A DNA stretch of 64,000 bases, from contig JAHDMJ010000018.1 of NCBI GenBank assembly GCA_018436095.1, positions 258,434 through 322,433 of the forward strand, given 5' to 3'. The notes beneath the pieces were generated by a model. It worked only from the letters and a program-made list of their open reading frames with translations. It ran no database searches and was not told the origin of the DNA. Below, in pieces: positions 18,147 through 29,185 of the stretch. The stretch's first letter is position 1. Each line of letters opens with the position of its first letter. A program made the translations under genes and the position numbers. Origin of the DNA: Clostridia bacterium. GTDB lineage: Bacteria > Bacillota > Peptococcia > DRI-13 > UBA5745.

Positions 18147-20707
18147 CCTTCTTCCATGACCAGCTTGACTTCCTGGCCCGGCTTCACCGCATCCTGAATC
18201 ATCAGCCGGGACAGGGGCGTTTCAAGGGCTTGCTGAATCAAGCGCTTGAGGGGGCGGGCGCCAAAGGCCGGATCATAGCCTTGCCGGGCCAGCTCCGCCA
18301 GAGCTTCGTCGCTCCAGGACAAGCTGATCCGGGCCGTTTCCTGGAGCCGCCGGTCCATTTCTTTAAGCAGCAGGCCGGCGATATCCTTGACCTGCTTTTC
18401 TTGCAGAGCGTGGAAAACCACGATCTCGTCCACCCGGTTGAGGAATTCCGGCCGGAAATAATGGCGGAGAAGGCTGCTGACCTGTTCCTTGATCTCCTCA
18501 TACCGGCCTTTGGCCTCCAGAATCTCCTGGCTGCCGATGTTGGAGGTCATGATGATCACCGTGTTTTTGAAGTCCACGGTGCGGCCTTTGGAATCGGTAA
18601 GCCGGCCGTCATCCAGGACCTGCAGCAAGATATTAAATACGTCGCCGTGGGCCTTTTCGATCTCGTCCAGCAGCAGGACGCAGTAGGGATGACGCCTTAC
18701 CGCTTCCGTCAGCTGGCCTCCTTCATCATAGCCGATGTAGCCGGGAGGAGCGCCAACCAGCCGGGAGACCGCATGCTTCTCCATATACTCCGACATATCC
18801 AGCCGGATCATGCTGCGTTCGTCGTCGAAGAGAGCCAGGGCCAGAGCCTTGGCCAGCTCCGTTTTGCCCACGCCGGTGGGCCCCAGGAAAATAAAGCTGC
18901 CGATGGGACGGCGGGGATCCTTGATGCCCGCCCGGGCCCGCAGCACGGCGTCGGCTACGGCCTGAACACCTTCGTCCTGGCCGATTACCCGCTGGTGCAA
19001 TAGCTGATCCAGATGCAATAGTTTTTCCCGCTCTCCCTCCATTAGCTTGGAAAGAGGGATGCCCGTCCAGCGGCTTACGACTTCGGCAATGTCGCCTTCG
19101 CCTACCTCTTCCCGCAACAGTGAGGAATCCTGGGATTTCTCCGCTAGCTTCGTTTCCTCAGCCTGCAATTGTTTCGTCAACTCGATAAGCCGGCCGTATT
19201 TCAAAGCGGCGGCTTTTTCCAAGTCATAATTGCGCTCCGCCCGCTCGATCTGCAGCTTGACGTCTTCAATTTCCTGCTTAATATTCTGGGTTTTGCCGAT
19301 GGCTTCTTTCTCGGTTTCCCATTGGGCTTTCATGGCGGCGGCTTCATTTTTCAAATCCGCCAATTGGGCTTGCAGTTTTTCTAACCGCTCCATAGAGATA
19401 TGGTCCTTCTCTTTTTTCAGCGCTGCTTCTTCGATTTCCAATTGCATAATCTTGCGGGTAATCTCATCCAGCTCCGCAGGCATGCTGTCGATTTCCGTCC
19501 GCAAGTGGGCGGCGGCTTCGTCCATCAGGTCGATGGCTTTATCCGGCAGGAAACGGTCGGCGATATAACGGTCCGACAATGTAGCCGCCGCCACCAGGGC
19601 GCTGTCTTTGATGCGGACACCGTGATGGACTTCATAGCGTTCTTTAAGGCCCCGCAGGATAGAAATGGTATCTTCAACGGAAGGCGGATTGACCATTACC
19701 GGCTGGAAGCGCCGCTCTAAAGCAGCGTCCTTTTCGATGTGTTTGCGGTATTCATCCAGGGTAGTGGCGCCGATGGCTTTCAGCTCACCCCGGGCCAGCA
19801 TGGGTTTTAAGAGATTGCCGGCGTCCATAGCCCCTTCGGCAGCGCCGGCCCCCACTACGGTGTGGAGCTCGTCGATAAAGAGAATGATAGCGCCTTCGGA
19901 AGAGGAAACTTCTTTTAATACGGCTTTCAGCCTTTCCTCAAATTCCCCCCGGTACTTGGCTCCGGCAATCAGGGCCCCCATATCCAGAGAGATCAGCCGT
20001 TTATTCTTTAGGGTTTCCGGTACGTCACCGGCTTCGATACGGCGGGCCAGGCCCTCCACGATGGCGGTTTTACCCACGCCGGGTTCGCCGATGAGCACCG
20101 GATTATTCTTTGTGCGGCGGCAGAGGATCTCCATAGCCCGGCGAATCTCTTCGTCCCGGCCGATAACAGGGTCCAGTTTTCCTTCCGCCGCCAGCCTGGT
20201 CAGATCCTGGCCGTATTTTTCCAAGGCCTCATAAGTGCCTTCAGGATTTTCGCTGTCAATAGGGCGGTTGCCCCGGACCTGCTTTAAAGCGGCCAGGAAA
20301 GCTTCTTTGGTGACGCCCTGGTTTTTCAATGCATCTTTGACGTCCTTGTCCCCTTCCTGAAGCAAGCCCAGGAAGAGATGCTCCGTGCTGATATAGCTGT
20401 CTTTCATTTCGGCGGCAGTCTTTTCTGCCTTGATCAAAGCCCGGGCCAGGCCGGAATCCATAGAAAGGCTGCCTTCATAGCCGTGAACGGCTGGGATTTT
20501 GCCGATGAGCTGTTCCGCTTTCTGCTGCAATTGCCCTGCATTGATATGGCTGTGCTCCAAAAGGCGGGGAATCAGTCCCCCCTCCTGAGCCAGCAAAGCC
20601 GCCAGCAAATGGGCGGAAACCACCTGCTGCTGGTGGTTTTCCAAAGCCAGGTTTTGGGCAGCCTCAATGGCTTCCCGGGATTTCTGCGTATATTGATTCG
20701 TGTTCAT
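18122..20707 (-). CDS. clpB: ATP-dependent chaperone/disaggregase ClpB
   Basis: Clp N domain. Two AAA modules ([15 protein letters not shown] and [15 protein letters not shown]), a long coiled-coil M domain, 861 aa. Confidence 0.95.
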   Translation of the reverse strand: MNTNQYTQKSREAIEAAQNLALENHQQQVVSAHLLAALLAQEGGLIPRLLEHSHINAGQLQQKAEQLIGKIPAVHGYEGSLSMDSGLARALIKAEKTAAEMKDSYISTEHLFLGLLQEGDKDVKDALKNQGVTKEAFLAALKQVRGNRPIDSENPEGTYEALEKYGQDLTRLAAEGKLDPVIGRDEEIRRAMEILCRRTKNNPVLIGEPGVGKTAIVEGLARRIEAGDVPETLKNKRLISLDMGALIAGAKYRGEFEERLKAVLKEVSSSEGAIILFIDELHTVVGAGAAEGAMDAGNLLKPMLARGELKAIGATTLDEYRKHIEKDAALERRFQPVMVNPPSVEDTISILRGLKERYEVHHGVRIKDSALVAAATLSDRYIADRFLPDKAIDLMDEAAAHLRTEIDSMPAELDEITRKIMQLEIEEAALKKEKDHISMERLEKLQAQLADLKNEAAAMKAQWETEKEAIGKTQNIKQEIEDVKLQIERAERNYDLEKAAALKYGRLIELTKQLQAEETKLAEKSQDSSLLREEVGEGDIAEVVSRWTGIPLSKLMEGEREKLLHLDQLLHQRVIGQDEGVQAVADAVLRARAGIKDPRRPIGSFIFLGPTGVGKTELAKALALALFDDERSMIRLDMSEYMEKHAVSRLVGAPPGYIGYDEGGQLTEAVRRHPYCVLLLDEIEKAHGDVFNILLQVLDDGRLTDSKGRTVDFKNTVIIMTSNIGSQEILEAKGRYEEIKEQVSSLLRHYFRPEFLNRVDEIVVFHALQEKQVKDIAGLLLKEMDRRLQETARISLSWSDEALAELARQGYDPAFGARPLKRLIQQALETPLSRLMIQDAVKPGQEVKLVMEEGRLAVKPL

Positions 20708-20740
20708 CTATACCACCTCCAATAGTAAAGAGTGCATTTA

Positions 20741-20757
20741 TTTGACCTTTCCTGACT
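20741..20757 (-). promoter_or_regulatory. CtsR operator-like direct repeat upstream of clpB
   Basis: Minus strand reads AGTCAGGAAAGGTCAAA against the consensus RGTCAAANANRGTCAAA (15/17). It lies 34 nt upstream of the clpB ATG and overlaps a TATAGT -10-like hexamer. Confidence 0.6.
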
Positions 20758-20987
20758 ATAAATCAATTATGCCAAAAAAAAGTAAAAAAAGCAAGGGCTA
20801 AAAGAGAAATAGACTGCAATTTATTTTTGTTTTAAGGTTTGCGTTAATTTCTGCCGATGGCAAAGAAATAGGTATTTTCTCCGAGGGAAAAGTGATATAA
20901 TAGATAACATATATTTATATAAAAAGGGACATCCGCGCCCTGATAATCATGGATAGCGGATTGTGTCCGGAGGAGCGATTCTCGATA

Positions 20988-21740
20988 ATGAATATGCAGT
21001 CCCATTTACTTTTGGCCATGGCTCTTGAGCAGCATATCAAAGATAAATACGGCCTCCAGTTGCGCTCAGATATGTTCTATTATGGGAATATCCGGCCGGA
21101 TCTAACCCCCCGCTGGATGAAAAAGTACCCCCACACTTTCCAGGAAAGCCTGCCCATGTTTTTGCGTCAATGCAGAATATTGATGTTTCATAGCCGGCAC
21201 ATGCAGCCCCCCATGTATATTTTGAGTTACCGGCTGGGCGTAATTTGCCATTATACCGCTGATTTTTTCACCTATGCCCATTGTGATCCCATTTTGTTTC
21301 AAAAACCCGGGCCTCACTACCGTTATGAGAATGAACTATACCAGGCTTTATGGAAATCGAAGGGTCAGGATCCGGGCCTGCCTTCCGATGTGGGTCTCAG
21401 GCTGGATGAATACCTGCGGCTGATCATGAAGCAATACCGCCAGCAAAATCCCAGTGATCCCGTCAGGGACGCAGGCTTTATTTATCATGTGGCACTTAAG
21501 GTTTGCGACCGGATGGTTGAGCGGATTTATATGGAGAAGCAAAACCGCTGCAAAGGATTTTTCAGCAGCGGCAAGGATGCTCAAGGCATACTGCGGGAGC
21601 GGGCCAGAACGAGAAGGCATGCCCGTAAAGTGGCTTACGAGTGGGAAAATTATTGGCCGGTCAATCAGTCCGGTTTTATTACCAATACGGTAGAGCAAAG
21701 AGCCGGCTATTGGCCGGGGAGGTACGGAGAGAATGATTGA
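20988..21740 (+). CDS. Hypothetical protein (His-rich; possibly a metal-dependent hydrolase fold)
   Basis: ATG at 20988 follows GGAGGAG. Conserved-looking His/Asp (SHLLLA...GNIRPD...HYTADFFTYAHCD). Family not securely recognised. Confidence 0.45.
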   Translation: MNMQSHLLLAMALEQHIKDKYGLQLRSDMFYYGNIRPDLTPRWMKKYPHTFQESLPMFLRQCRILMFHSRHMQPPMYILSYRLGVICHYTADFFTYAHCDPILFQKPGPHYRYENELYQALWKSKGQDPGLPSDVGLRLDEYLRLIMKQYRQQNPSDPVRDAGFIYHVALKVCDRMVERIYMEKQNRCKGFFSSGKDAQGILRERARTRRHARKVAYEWENYWPVNQSGFITNTVEQRAGYWPGRYGEND

Positions 21741-23160
21741 GCACAAAAAAGCTTTTCAAGATTTAGATGGCTTAGTTTTGTACAGAGAGATATTATCCTC
21801 GCCGCTGATTACCGCCTTTCGCCGGGTTTGGCAGACAGCGTCCTCAGCCATCGCCGACAAGCAAGAATTGCTGAAAGAGTATTGCCTGCTGGTAGAGCAG
21901 ATGCTGGGCAATTTGGACCGTCTGCCTTGGACTTTTCAGGGAGAAGGCTGGACTGCCTTGATGGTTATGGAGCTGCTGCATCAAGAAAACCTTTTTAGCT
22001 TATGGGCGGAAAAGGGCCGTATCCTGCAGTCAGAGCTGCAGTCTGATCAGTTGGCCCGGGAAATTATCGGTTTGGCGGCCAGAGATTTAAAAGTCTTGGG
22101 TGAGGTGGCTCGAATTAGCCAGCAGGAGCTGGCTAATTTAGTAGCATCAAGGCTTGGGGTGCCGGAGTCGGCCTTGCCCTCCTGGAATTTGCCGGGTTTA
22201 TGCAGCCGCAAACCGGAGCCGCCCCAGGAGCGCCAGGAAGCCTGGCGGTATTTTCTGTCGGACAAGTCCTGGGCAGAAGGCGGCGGCATATTAGCAGAAT
22301 ATTATAGAAGAAACGGCGCCGGCCGGTTGGGCCGTTATTATGCTTTTCGCTGGCAGACGGCCCAGGCTGTGGCCGCCAACGCCGCCGTCCCGGCGGCGGC
22401 CAATAAGACTGCGGAATGGCGGCCTGCCGACGCCATGATTCCCGTAATCAGCCGGGATCCCATTCGCTTTTCCCAGCTTTCCGGCTACGAAAAGGAGCAC
22501 CAGAAGCTGATCCAAAATACCCAGCAGTTTTTAGCGGGTTTGCCGGCCAACAACGTCTTGCTTTACGGCGACCGGGGTACGGGCAAATCTTCAGCCGTTA
22601 AAGCTCTGCTTAATGAATACGGTCCCAAAGGTCTGCGCCTTGTGGAGATGACGAAAGCCCAATTGCCGGATCTGCCTTACCTTTTAGAGGAGTTAAAGGA
22701 GAGGGGTTTGCATTTTATTATCTTTATCGATGATTTAAGCTTTTTGGAGCAAGATAGTCAATATGCAGCCCTAAAAGCGGTACTGGAGGGCGGTATTGCC
22801 ATGAAGCCCGATAATGTATTGATTTATGCCACTTCCAACCGCCGCCACCTTTTGCCGGAGAAATTTCAGGACCGCCAGATCGTTGGCGATGAGGATCTGC
22901 GCACAGGAGATACCCTTCAGGAAAAGCTGTCCTTGGCTGACCGCTTCGGCATGACCATCACCTTCCTGTCGCCGGATCAGAAGGGCTACCTGCGCATCGT
23001 AGAGGAGCTGGCGGCAGCCCGGCAGTTGCCCATCAGCAAAGAAGCTTTAGAACGGCGGGCTTTGGAATGGGAGATCAGGCAAAATTTGAGATCTCCCCGG
23101 ACAGCCCGGCAGTTTGTGGATCACCTTACCGGCGAACTCCAATTGGAGAGTGGGCAATAA
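21733..23160 (+). CDS. DUF815-type AAA-like ATPase with ~250-aa N-terminal extension
   Basis: GYEKEHQKLIQNTQQFLAGLPANNVLLYGDRGTGKSSAVKALL...FIIFIDDLSF. Overlaps the previous gene by 8 nt. Confidence 0.7.
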   Translation: MIEHKKAFQDLDGLVLYREILSSPLITAFRRVWQTASSAIADKQELLKEYCLLVEQMLGNLDRLPWTFQGEGWTALMVMELLHQENLFSLWAEKGRILQSELQSDQLAREIIGLAARDLKVLGEVARISQQELANLVASRLGVPESALPSWNLPGLCSRKPEPPQERQEAWRYFLSDKSWAEGGGILAEYYRRNGAGRLGRYYAFRWQTAQAVAANAAVPAAANKTAEWRPADAMIPVISRDPIRFSQLSGYEKEHQKLIQNTQQFLAGLPANNVLLYGDRGTGKSSAVKALLNEYGPKGLRLVEMTKAQLPDLPYLLEELKERGLHFIIFIDDLSFLEQDSQYAALKAVLEGGIAMKPDNVLIYATSNRRHLLPEKFQDRQIVGDEDLRTGDTLQEKLSLADRFGMTITFLSPDQKGYLRIVEELAAARQLPISKEALERRALEWEIRQNLRSPRTARQFVDHLTGELQLESGQ

Positions 23161-23174
23161 AAGCCATTTTATTG

Positions 23175-23264
23175 TTGACAAATCTACTGAAAAGCGTATA
23201 ATTTTCCGTAGACTTTGTCCGCTGTCAGGGGATTACAGTCCTCCTATAGCGGACTTTCCTTTGG
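23175..23264 (+). promoter_or_regulatory. Aspartate kinase promoter (TTGACA-16-TATAAT) and leader hairpin
   Basis: TTGACA at 23175-23180 and TATAAT at 23197-23202. Leader stem GTCCGCT (23217-23223) / AGCGGAC (23248-23254) is followed by TTTCCTTTGG. Confidence 0.5.
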
Positions 23265-23289
23265 CAAATGAAGATGGGAGTTTGGCAAA

Positions 23290-24426
23290 ATGGCATTGAT
23301 TATTAAGAAGTTTGGCGGCACCTCCGTCAGCACGAAAGAACGGCGGCAGCAGGTGCTGGAAAAGATTATTAAAGAAAAAGAAACGGGTAACGATGTGGTA
23401 GTAGTGGTTTCCGCCATGGGACGGCGGGGTGATCCCTATGCCACCGATACCTTTTTGGATATGCTGAAGGAAGTATCGCCCCGGCCCGCGGCCCGCACCA
23501 AGGATTTGCTGGCCGGCTGTGGCGAGATTATTTCTGCCTGTATGGTGGCGGAGGATCTGGCGGCCAAAGGCTATCCGGCAGTGCCTGTCACCGGTCTGCA
23601 GGCCGGTATCCGTACCGACGGCAATTTTACTAAGGGAATTGTGCAGGCGGTGGATACCGCCTATTTAAAAGAAATCATTGCCAAAGGAGCGGTAGCCGTT
23701 GTTACCGGCTTCCAGGGCTATAGTGAAAGCTTCGATCTGGTGACTTTGGGCCGGGGGGGCAGCGATATTACAGCCATTGCTTTAGGCGGCGCCCTGGGGG
23801 CAGACGAGGTGGAGATTTATACGGATGTGCCGGGTATCGCTTTTACCGACCCCCGGCTGATTCCCTCGGCGCCCTTTTTATCCTCCATTGATTTTTCTCC
23901 TATGTATATTCTGGCTGAGACGGGAGCGAAGGTCATCCATCCCCGGGCGGTCTCTACGGCTATCAAATTTAACCGGCCCTTTTGGGTTCGTTCTACCTTT
24001 AGCGACGATGCCGGTACGCTGATCGGAGAAAAAGGCGAGGCCCCCGGCGGCCTTTACGGTATGGCCTTGATGAATAATATGATTATGGCTTCTCTGCCGG
24101 AGGATCCTCAGGAGGAGCTGAAGCTCTTTTCCTGCAATGAATGGTTTTATCGCAGCCACCCCCAGCGCACTTCGGTAATTGCGGAGCCGGATCAGGCAGA
24201 AGGATTGCCAGAGGGCTGCCAGATCAAAGAAGTAGGCGTCATTACCCTGCAGTGGGCTGCAGACTCCGGTATTTCGCCCCAGCTAGTGGCGGCTGCTCTG
24301 GATGCTCACGGCATTATTCGGGAAGGTTACTTTGAGGTGCCGGGCGGCGGCGCCTGGGCTGTGGCCCCCCATAAAGCAAAGGAAGCGATTCTGGCCTTAT
24401 ACCGGGCCCCCCTTCAAAAAGCCTAA
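23290..24426 (+). CDS. Aspartate kinase
   Basis: IIKKFGGTSV, VVVVSAMG, GRGGSDITA, and a C-terminal ACT-like region. Confidence 0.85.
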   Translation: MALIIKKFGGTSVSTKERRQQVLEKIIKEKETGNDVVVVVSAMGRRGDPYATDTFLDMLKEVSPRPAARTKDLLAGCGEIISACMVAEDLAAKGYPAVPVTGLQAGIRTDGNFTKGIVQAVDTAYLKEIIAKGAVAVVTGFQGYSESFDLVTLGRGGSDITAIALGGALGADEVEIYTDVPGIAFTDPRLIPSAPFLSSIDFSPMYILAETGAKVIHPRAVSTAIKFNRPFWVRSTFSDDAGTLIGEKGEAPGGLYGMALMNNMIMASLPEDPQEELKLFSCNEWFYRSHPQRTSVIAEPDQAEGLPEGCQIKEVGVITLQWAADSGISPQLVAAALDAHGIIREGYFEVPGGGAWAVAPHKAKEAILALYRAPLQKA

Positions 24427-24587
24427 GGGGCCATATAATATGAGAAGACTATACAGCTAAAGGCCATGTCGGCCTTAGCGATAAAAACATAATAATACAT
24501 ATAAGTATACAAGGGAACTATTGCGCAAGAGGAAAGTCCCGGCTATTATTAATAGAAAACTTGTTACCCAGAAAGCGGAGGAACCCT

Positions 24588-27500
24588 ATGATAAAGAAAA
24601 TGGAAAAAGTAATGGCGGCAAACCGGGGCGAGATCGCTGTCCGCATATTCAGGGCCTGCAATGAGCTGGGTCTGAAAACCTTAGCCATTCATTCCAAGGA
24701 GGATGCCCTGAGCCTTTTTCGCTCAAAAGCCGACGAGTCTTACCTGATCGGTGAAAACATCAGTCCCTTGGCGGCCTATTTAGATATTGACCGCATTATC
24801 ACTTTAGCTCAAAAAAAGAAAGTGGATGCTATTCATCCCGGTTATGGTTTTCTGTCGGAAAACCCCCAGTTTGCCCGGGCCTGTGAGAAAGCGGGCATTA
24901 TCTTTATCGGGCCGCCGGCAGATGTGCTGGAAAAAGTGGGGGATAAGATCAGCGCCAAAAAAGTAGCGGAGGCTTGCGGCGTCCCCATTATTCCCGGCAG
25001 CAAAGCTCCCCTTGCCTCGGCGGCGGAAGCTAAGGAGCTGGCGGCCAAATACGGCTATCCCGTGATCCTGAAGGCTGCCGCCGGCGGCGGCGGCCGGGGC
25101 ATGCGGCTGGTTAATACGCCGGATGAGCTGGGAGCGGCTTTTGGCCTGGTGAAGACGGAAGCGAAAAAAGCCTTCGGCAACGACGATATCTTCATTGAAA
25201 AATACTTGATCAATCCCAAACACATTGAAGTGCAGATTTTGGCGGATACTCACGGCAATGTGCTTCACCTCTATGAGCGGGATTGCTCTGTACAGCGCCG
25301 CTACCAAAAAGTAGTGGAGTATGCGCCGGCCTTTTCTGTGGATCAAAGCATCCGCCAGGCTTTATGCCGGGATGCGGTGGCCATTGCCAAAGCCGTGGGC
25401 TATGTCAATGCCGGTACCGTAGAGTTTTTGGTGGATGCCCGGGGGGAATACTTCTTCATCGAAATGAACCCCCGGATTCAGGTGGAGCATACGGTGACGG
25501 AAATGGTCACCGGTATCGATATTGTGCAGGCCCAGGTTTTGATTGCCCAGGGCTATGCCTTGGATTCTGAGGAGATCGGCATTGCCGGCCAGGAGGCCGT
25601 GGAGATGCGTGGCTATGCCATCCAGTGCCGGGTTACCACTGAGGATCCCAGAAACAACTTCCTGCCGGATACGGGAAAAATCACCACTTACCGCAGCGGC
25701 GGCGGCTTCGGCGTCCGTCTTGACGCCGGCAATGCCTTTGCCGGGGCGGTGATCACCCCTTACTACGATAGCTTGCTGGTGAAGATCACCACCCTGGACC
25801 GCACATTCAAGGGAGCCATTAATAAGGCTCTGCGCTCCATCAGTGAGATTCGTATCCGGGGCGTCAAAACGAATATCGCTTTTATCAGCAATATTTTAAG
25901 AAGCCCTGAGTTCCAGTCAGGTCTTTGCCATACGAAGTTTATTGATGAGACCCCCTGCCTTTTTGAGATTGAGCAGCCCCAGGACCGGGCTACGAAAGTG
26001 CTGCGCCGGATGGGCGAAAAAATTCTTAAAGATAAAATCACGTCAAAGCCCAGCTTCGATAAGCTGCGGATTCCCGAGGTGCCGGAAACGCCGCCTCAGG
26101 ACGGGCTGAAGCAGATGATGGATGCTCAGGGACCGGCGGCGGTAGCCCGCTGGGTGCTGGAGCAAAAGCGGGTACTGATTACCGATACGACTTTGCGGGA
26201 TGCCCATCAATCCCTGCTGGCTACCAGGATGCGGACCAGGGATATGCTGACCGTAGCCCCGGCTACCGCCAATATTTTGAAAGATGCTTTTTCCCTGGAG
26301 ATGTGGGGCGGCGCCACCTTCGACGTCAGCTACCGCTTTTTGCGGGAATCTCCCTGGGTGCGTCTGGATGAGCTGCGGCGGCGGATACCTAATATCTTAT
26401 TTCAGATGCTGCTGCGGGGGGCCAATGCCGTAGGCTATACCAACTACCCGGACAACGTAATCCGCTCCTTCATCCAGGAAGCGGCTGCCGGCGGCATCGA
26501 TATATTTCGTATCTTCGATAGTCTCAACTGGCTGCCCGGTATGGAGCTGGCCATCGAAGAGGTGCTGAAAGCCGGCAAAATGGCTGAAGGCACCATCTGC
26601 TACACCGGCGATATTACTGATCCCAAACGGGATAAATACTCCTTGAATTATTATGTCGATATGGCTAAAGAACTGGAGCGCCGGGGAGTGCACCAGCTTT
26701 GCATTAAAGATATGGCGGGATTGCTCAAGCCTTACGCCGCCGGCAAGCTGGTCAAGGCGTTGAAAGACGAGCTAACTATTCCCGTCCATCTCCATACCCA
26801 CGATACCAGCGGCAACCAGATCGCCGCTTATCTGATGGCGGTGGAAGCCGGCGTGGATATTGTGGACTGCGCCATCGGCAGCATGTCCTCTTTGACCAGC
26901 CAGCCTTCCTTCAATTCTCTGGTGGCGGCTTTAGCCGGCGGTCCCCGGGATACGGGCTTTGATTCTTTGGAATTGGCAAAGCTCAACAATTACTGGGAAG
27001 ACGTGCGGCCCATGTACCGCCAGTTTGAATCGGATCTGAAAGCGCCTAATCCCGATATCTACCGCTATGAGATCCCCGGCGGCCAGTACAGCAACCTGAA
27101 GCCTCAGGTAGAGAGCCTGGGCCTGGGCCACCGTTTTGACGAGGTTAAAGAGAAATACCGGGAAGTCAACGAGATTCTCGGCGATATCGTCAAGGTGACG
27201 CCTTCTTCAAAAATGGTTGGGGATATGGCCATCTTCATGGTGCAAAATAGCCTTGGCAAAGACAATCTGGTGGAAGAAGGCCGCAATCTGCCCTTCCCCG
27301 ATTCCGTAGTCAGTTATTTCAAAGGGATGATGGGCCAGCCTGCCGGCGGTTTCCCCAAAGAACTGCAGGAAGTGGTGTTAAAAGGGCAAGAGGCGATTAC
27401 CTGCCGTCCCGGTGAGCTTTTGCCGCCGGCGGATTTTGAAGGGGCCGCCAAATTGCTGGCCGAAAAAATGAACTATGCTCCTACCCAGCGGGATATTGTA

Positions 27501-28016
27501 AGCTGGTGCTTGTATCCTAAGGTTTTTGAAGAATATATTAAGCATCGCCAGGAAAACGCCGATGTCAGCCGCATGGAAACTTCCGTGTTCTTCATGGGCA
27601 TGGTGCCCGGCGAAACCACGGAGCTGACCATTGAAGACGGCAAAACCCTGATGATCAAATACGTTTCCAAGGGAGAGGCCAACGACGACGGTACCCGCAA
27701 TATGATTTTTGAGTTGAACGGCATCCGCCGGGAAGTGGCGGTACCCGATGAATCCCTGAAGGCCTCTGCCCGGGAAAAAATCGTTATGGCCAATGTCAAT
27801 GACCCCAAAGAGGTAGGCTCCAGTCTGCCGGGAGCTGTTTCCAAGCTTCTGGTGAAGGAAGGCCAGAAAGTGGAGGCAGGTCAGGCTCTGGCTATTATTG
27901 AAGCCATGAAAATGGAGGTCAGCATTGCTGCTCCTATGGCCGGTACCATCAAGGCAATAAATGTTAAAGAAGGGGCCAGTGTCAGATCCGGTGAGCTGTT
28001 GGTTGTCTTGGGCTAG
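24588..28016 (+). CDS. pyc: Pyruvate carboxylase
   Basis: Biotin carboxylase N-terminus (ANRGEIAVRIFRA), carboxyltransferase (DTTLRDAHQSL), and a biotinyl site (EAMKME). About 1142 aa from the ATG at 24588 (GGAGGA RBS). Confidence 0.95.
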   Translation: MIKKMEKVMAANRGEIAVRIFRACNELGLKTLAIHSKEDALSLFRSKADESYLIGENISPLAAYLDIDRIITLAQKKKVDAIHPGYGFLSENPQFARACEKAGIIFIGPPADVLEKVGDKISAKKVAEACGVPIIPGSKAPLASAAEAKELAAKYGYPVILKAAAGGGGRGMRLVNTPDELGAAFGLVKTEAKKAFGNDDIFIEKYLINPKHIEVQILADTHGNVLHLYERDCSVQRRYQKVVEYAPAFSVDQSIRQALCRDAVAIAKAVGYVNAGTVEFLVDARGEYFFIEMNPRIQVEHTVTEMVTGIDIVQAQVLIAQGYALDSEEIGIAGQEAVEMRGYAIQCRVTTEDPRNNFLPDTGKITTYRSGGGFGVRLDAGNAFAGAVITPYYDSLLVKITTLDRTFKGAINKALRSISEIRIRGVKTNIAFISNILRSPEFQSGLCHTKFIDETPCLFEIEQPQDRATKVLRRMGEKILKDKITSKPSFDKLRIPEVPETPPQDGLKQMMDAQGPAAVARWVLEQKRVLITDTTLRDAHQSLLATRMRTRDMLTVAPATANILKDAFSLEMWGGATFDVSYRFLRESPWVRLDELRRRIPNILFQMLLRGANAVGYTNYPDNVIRSFIQEAAAGGIDIFRIFDSLNWLPGMELAIEEVLKAGKMAEGTICYTGDITDPKRDKYSLNYYVDMAKELERRGVHQLCIKDMAGLLKPYAAGKLVKALKDELTIPVHLHTHDTSGNQIAAYLMAVEAGVDIVDCAIGSMSSLTSQPSFNSLVAALAGGPRDTGFDSLELAKLNNYWEDVRPMYRQFESDLKAPNPDIYRYEIPGGQYSNLKPQVESLGLGHRFDEVKEKYREVNEILGDIVKVTPSSKMVGDMAIFMVQNSLGKDNLVEEGRNLPFPDSVVSYFKGMMGQPAGGFPKELQEVVLKGQEAITCRPGELLPPADFEGAAKLLAEKMNYAPTQRDIVSWCLYPKVFEEYIKHRQENADVSRMETSVFFMGMVPGETTELTIEDGKTLMIKYVSKGEANDDGTRNMIFELNGIRREVAVPDESLKASAREKIVMANVNDPKEVGSSLPGAVSKLLVKEGQKVEAGQALAIIEAMKMEVSIAAPMAGTIKAINVKEGASVRSGELLVVLG

Positions 28017-28048
28017 CTCTTCGGGGTCAACTGGTGGGGACTGGATAA

Positions 28049-28945
28049 TTGTTAAAAAAAGGCGATGTTTACATTTTAATCGCTGCCGCCGCCTGGGCTT
28101 TTACGGGAGTGTTTTATAAAGGGGTAGAAAATGCGGGGGTAAGCTCTTTGGAGGCCGTAGGCTTGCGTTTGGTGGTGGCCAGCCTGGCGGCCCTTATCTA
28201 CTATGTGACCAAGGAGAAAAGCCTGCCGCCTATTAGCTGGCAGGATGTGCCCCTTTATCTTGGCACCGGCGTCTGCAGCCTGGTTTTCTTTAATATTATG
28301 TATTTTAGAGCTATTTCTTTAACCTCGGTTTCCATAGCGGTGGCTCTGCTTTATACTTCCCCTTGTTTTGTGGTGCTGCTTTCCCGGCTGATGTTCAAAG
28401 AACCTCTGACGAAAGCAAAGCTTTTGGCTACAGGCTTTACCTTGACCGGCTGCTTTTTGGTGACGGGAGCTTTCCAGACAGAACTGATGACTTTGCCGGC
28501 AAAGGGGATTATCTTTGGTGTAGCCGCTGGTTTTGCCTATGCTCTTTACAGCGTCCTGGGCAAATATCCACTGGCCCGCCGCTCTTCGGATACGGTAAGC
28601 TTTTATACTTTGTTTTTTGCAGCAGTGGCTATGTTTCCCTTTGCCCGCCCCGACCGGGCCGTGTTTCTGCTGACTTCGCCTACTGCTATAGCGTCTGCTT
28701 TAGCCCTGGGCATTGCCTCCTGTACCCTGCCTTACGTTGCCTATACAAAGGGCCTGTCTCAAATGGAAAGCGGCCGGGCTTCCCTGCTGGTAGCAGTAGA
28801 GCTGGTAATTGCCACTTTTTTGGGAGTTGTTACCCAGGGAGACCGGCTGGGCTTTAGTCAGATCATTGGTATTGCTATGATTTTTTCGGCAGTAACGCTC
28901 TTGAACTTAAACAAGACGCCGGCGGCGGCCGAAGCAGAGCGGTAG
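28049..28945 (+). CDS. EamA/DMT-family transporter
   Basis: Ten hydrophobic helices arranged as two EamA-like halves. Confidence 0.8.
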   Translation: MLKKGDVYILIAAAAWAFTGVFYKGVENAGVSSLEAVGLRLVVASLAALIYYVTKEKSLPPISWQDVPLYLGTGVCSLVFFNIMYFRAISLTSVSIAVALLYTSPCFVVLLSRLMFKEPLTKAKLLATGFTLTGCFLVTGAFQTELMTLPAKGIIFGVAAGFAYALYSVLGKYPLARRSSDTVSFYTLFFAAVAMFPFARPDRAVFLLTSPTAIASALALGIASCTLPYVAYTKGLSQMESGRASLLVAVELVIATFLGVVTQGDRLGFSQIIGIAMIFSAVTLLNLNKTPAAAEAER

Positions 28946-29054
28946 CAGTAGCAGCAGAGAATCTTCGCAGCCATCTATATTTCCTTTAGGATAACTTCCT
29001 TAGGCGAGGCCTTGAAAAGCCGGTTCCGGACAAAATAAAATTCTGGCTTGAGAG

Positions 29055-29097
29055 CAGGGGATATGCCGCAGCGGCCGGCAGTCCTCTGTTTTTTTTT
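29055..29097 (+). terminator. Terminator after the EamA gene
   Basis: Interrupted stem CAG.GGA..TGCCG / CGGCA.TCC.CTG, followed by T9. Confidence 0.7.
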
Positions 29098-29185
29098 GAA
29101 ATTGGACTTAACCTCCACGGAAATAAACAATACGGTTACAGTCATTCCTGGCCTGATGTCGGTGCAAACAGGGCGGTGGTGAGGT

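Noticed and set aside
18074-20725. Several long + strand ORFs (309, 189, 115 aa and others) opposite clpB
   Set aside because: The minus strand encodes a complete 861-aa ClpB with every signature motif. The + strand ORFs are antisense shadows with low-complexity, motif-free translations. The first one starts inside the 16-bp tandem array.
23203-23289. Lysine (L-box) riboswitch in front of aspartate kinase
   Set aside because: The leader is only about 90 nt, and I cannot find the conserved L-box helices or motifs. It is kept only as a possible simple attenuator.
24529-24544. RNase P RNA-like motif GAGGAAAGTCCCGGCT upstream of pyc
   Set aside because: It has one extra C relative to the conserved GAGGAAAGUCCGGGC. 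The intergenic region is only about 160 nt, far too short for RNase P RNA, and lacks the other conserved regions.
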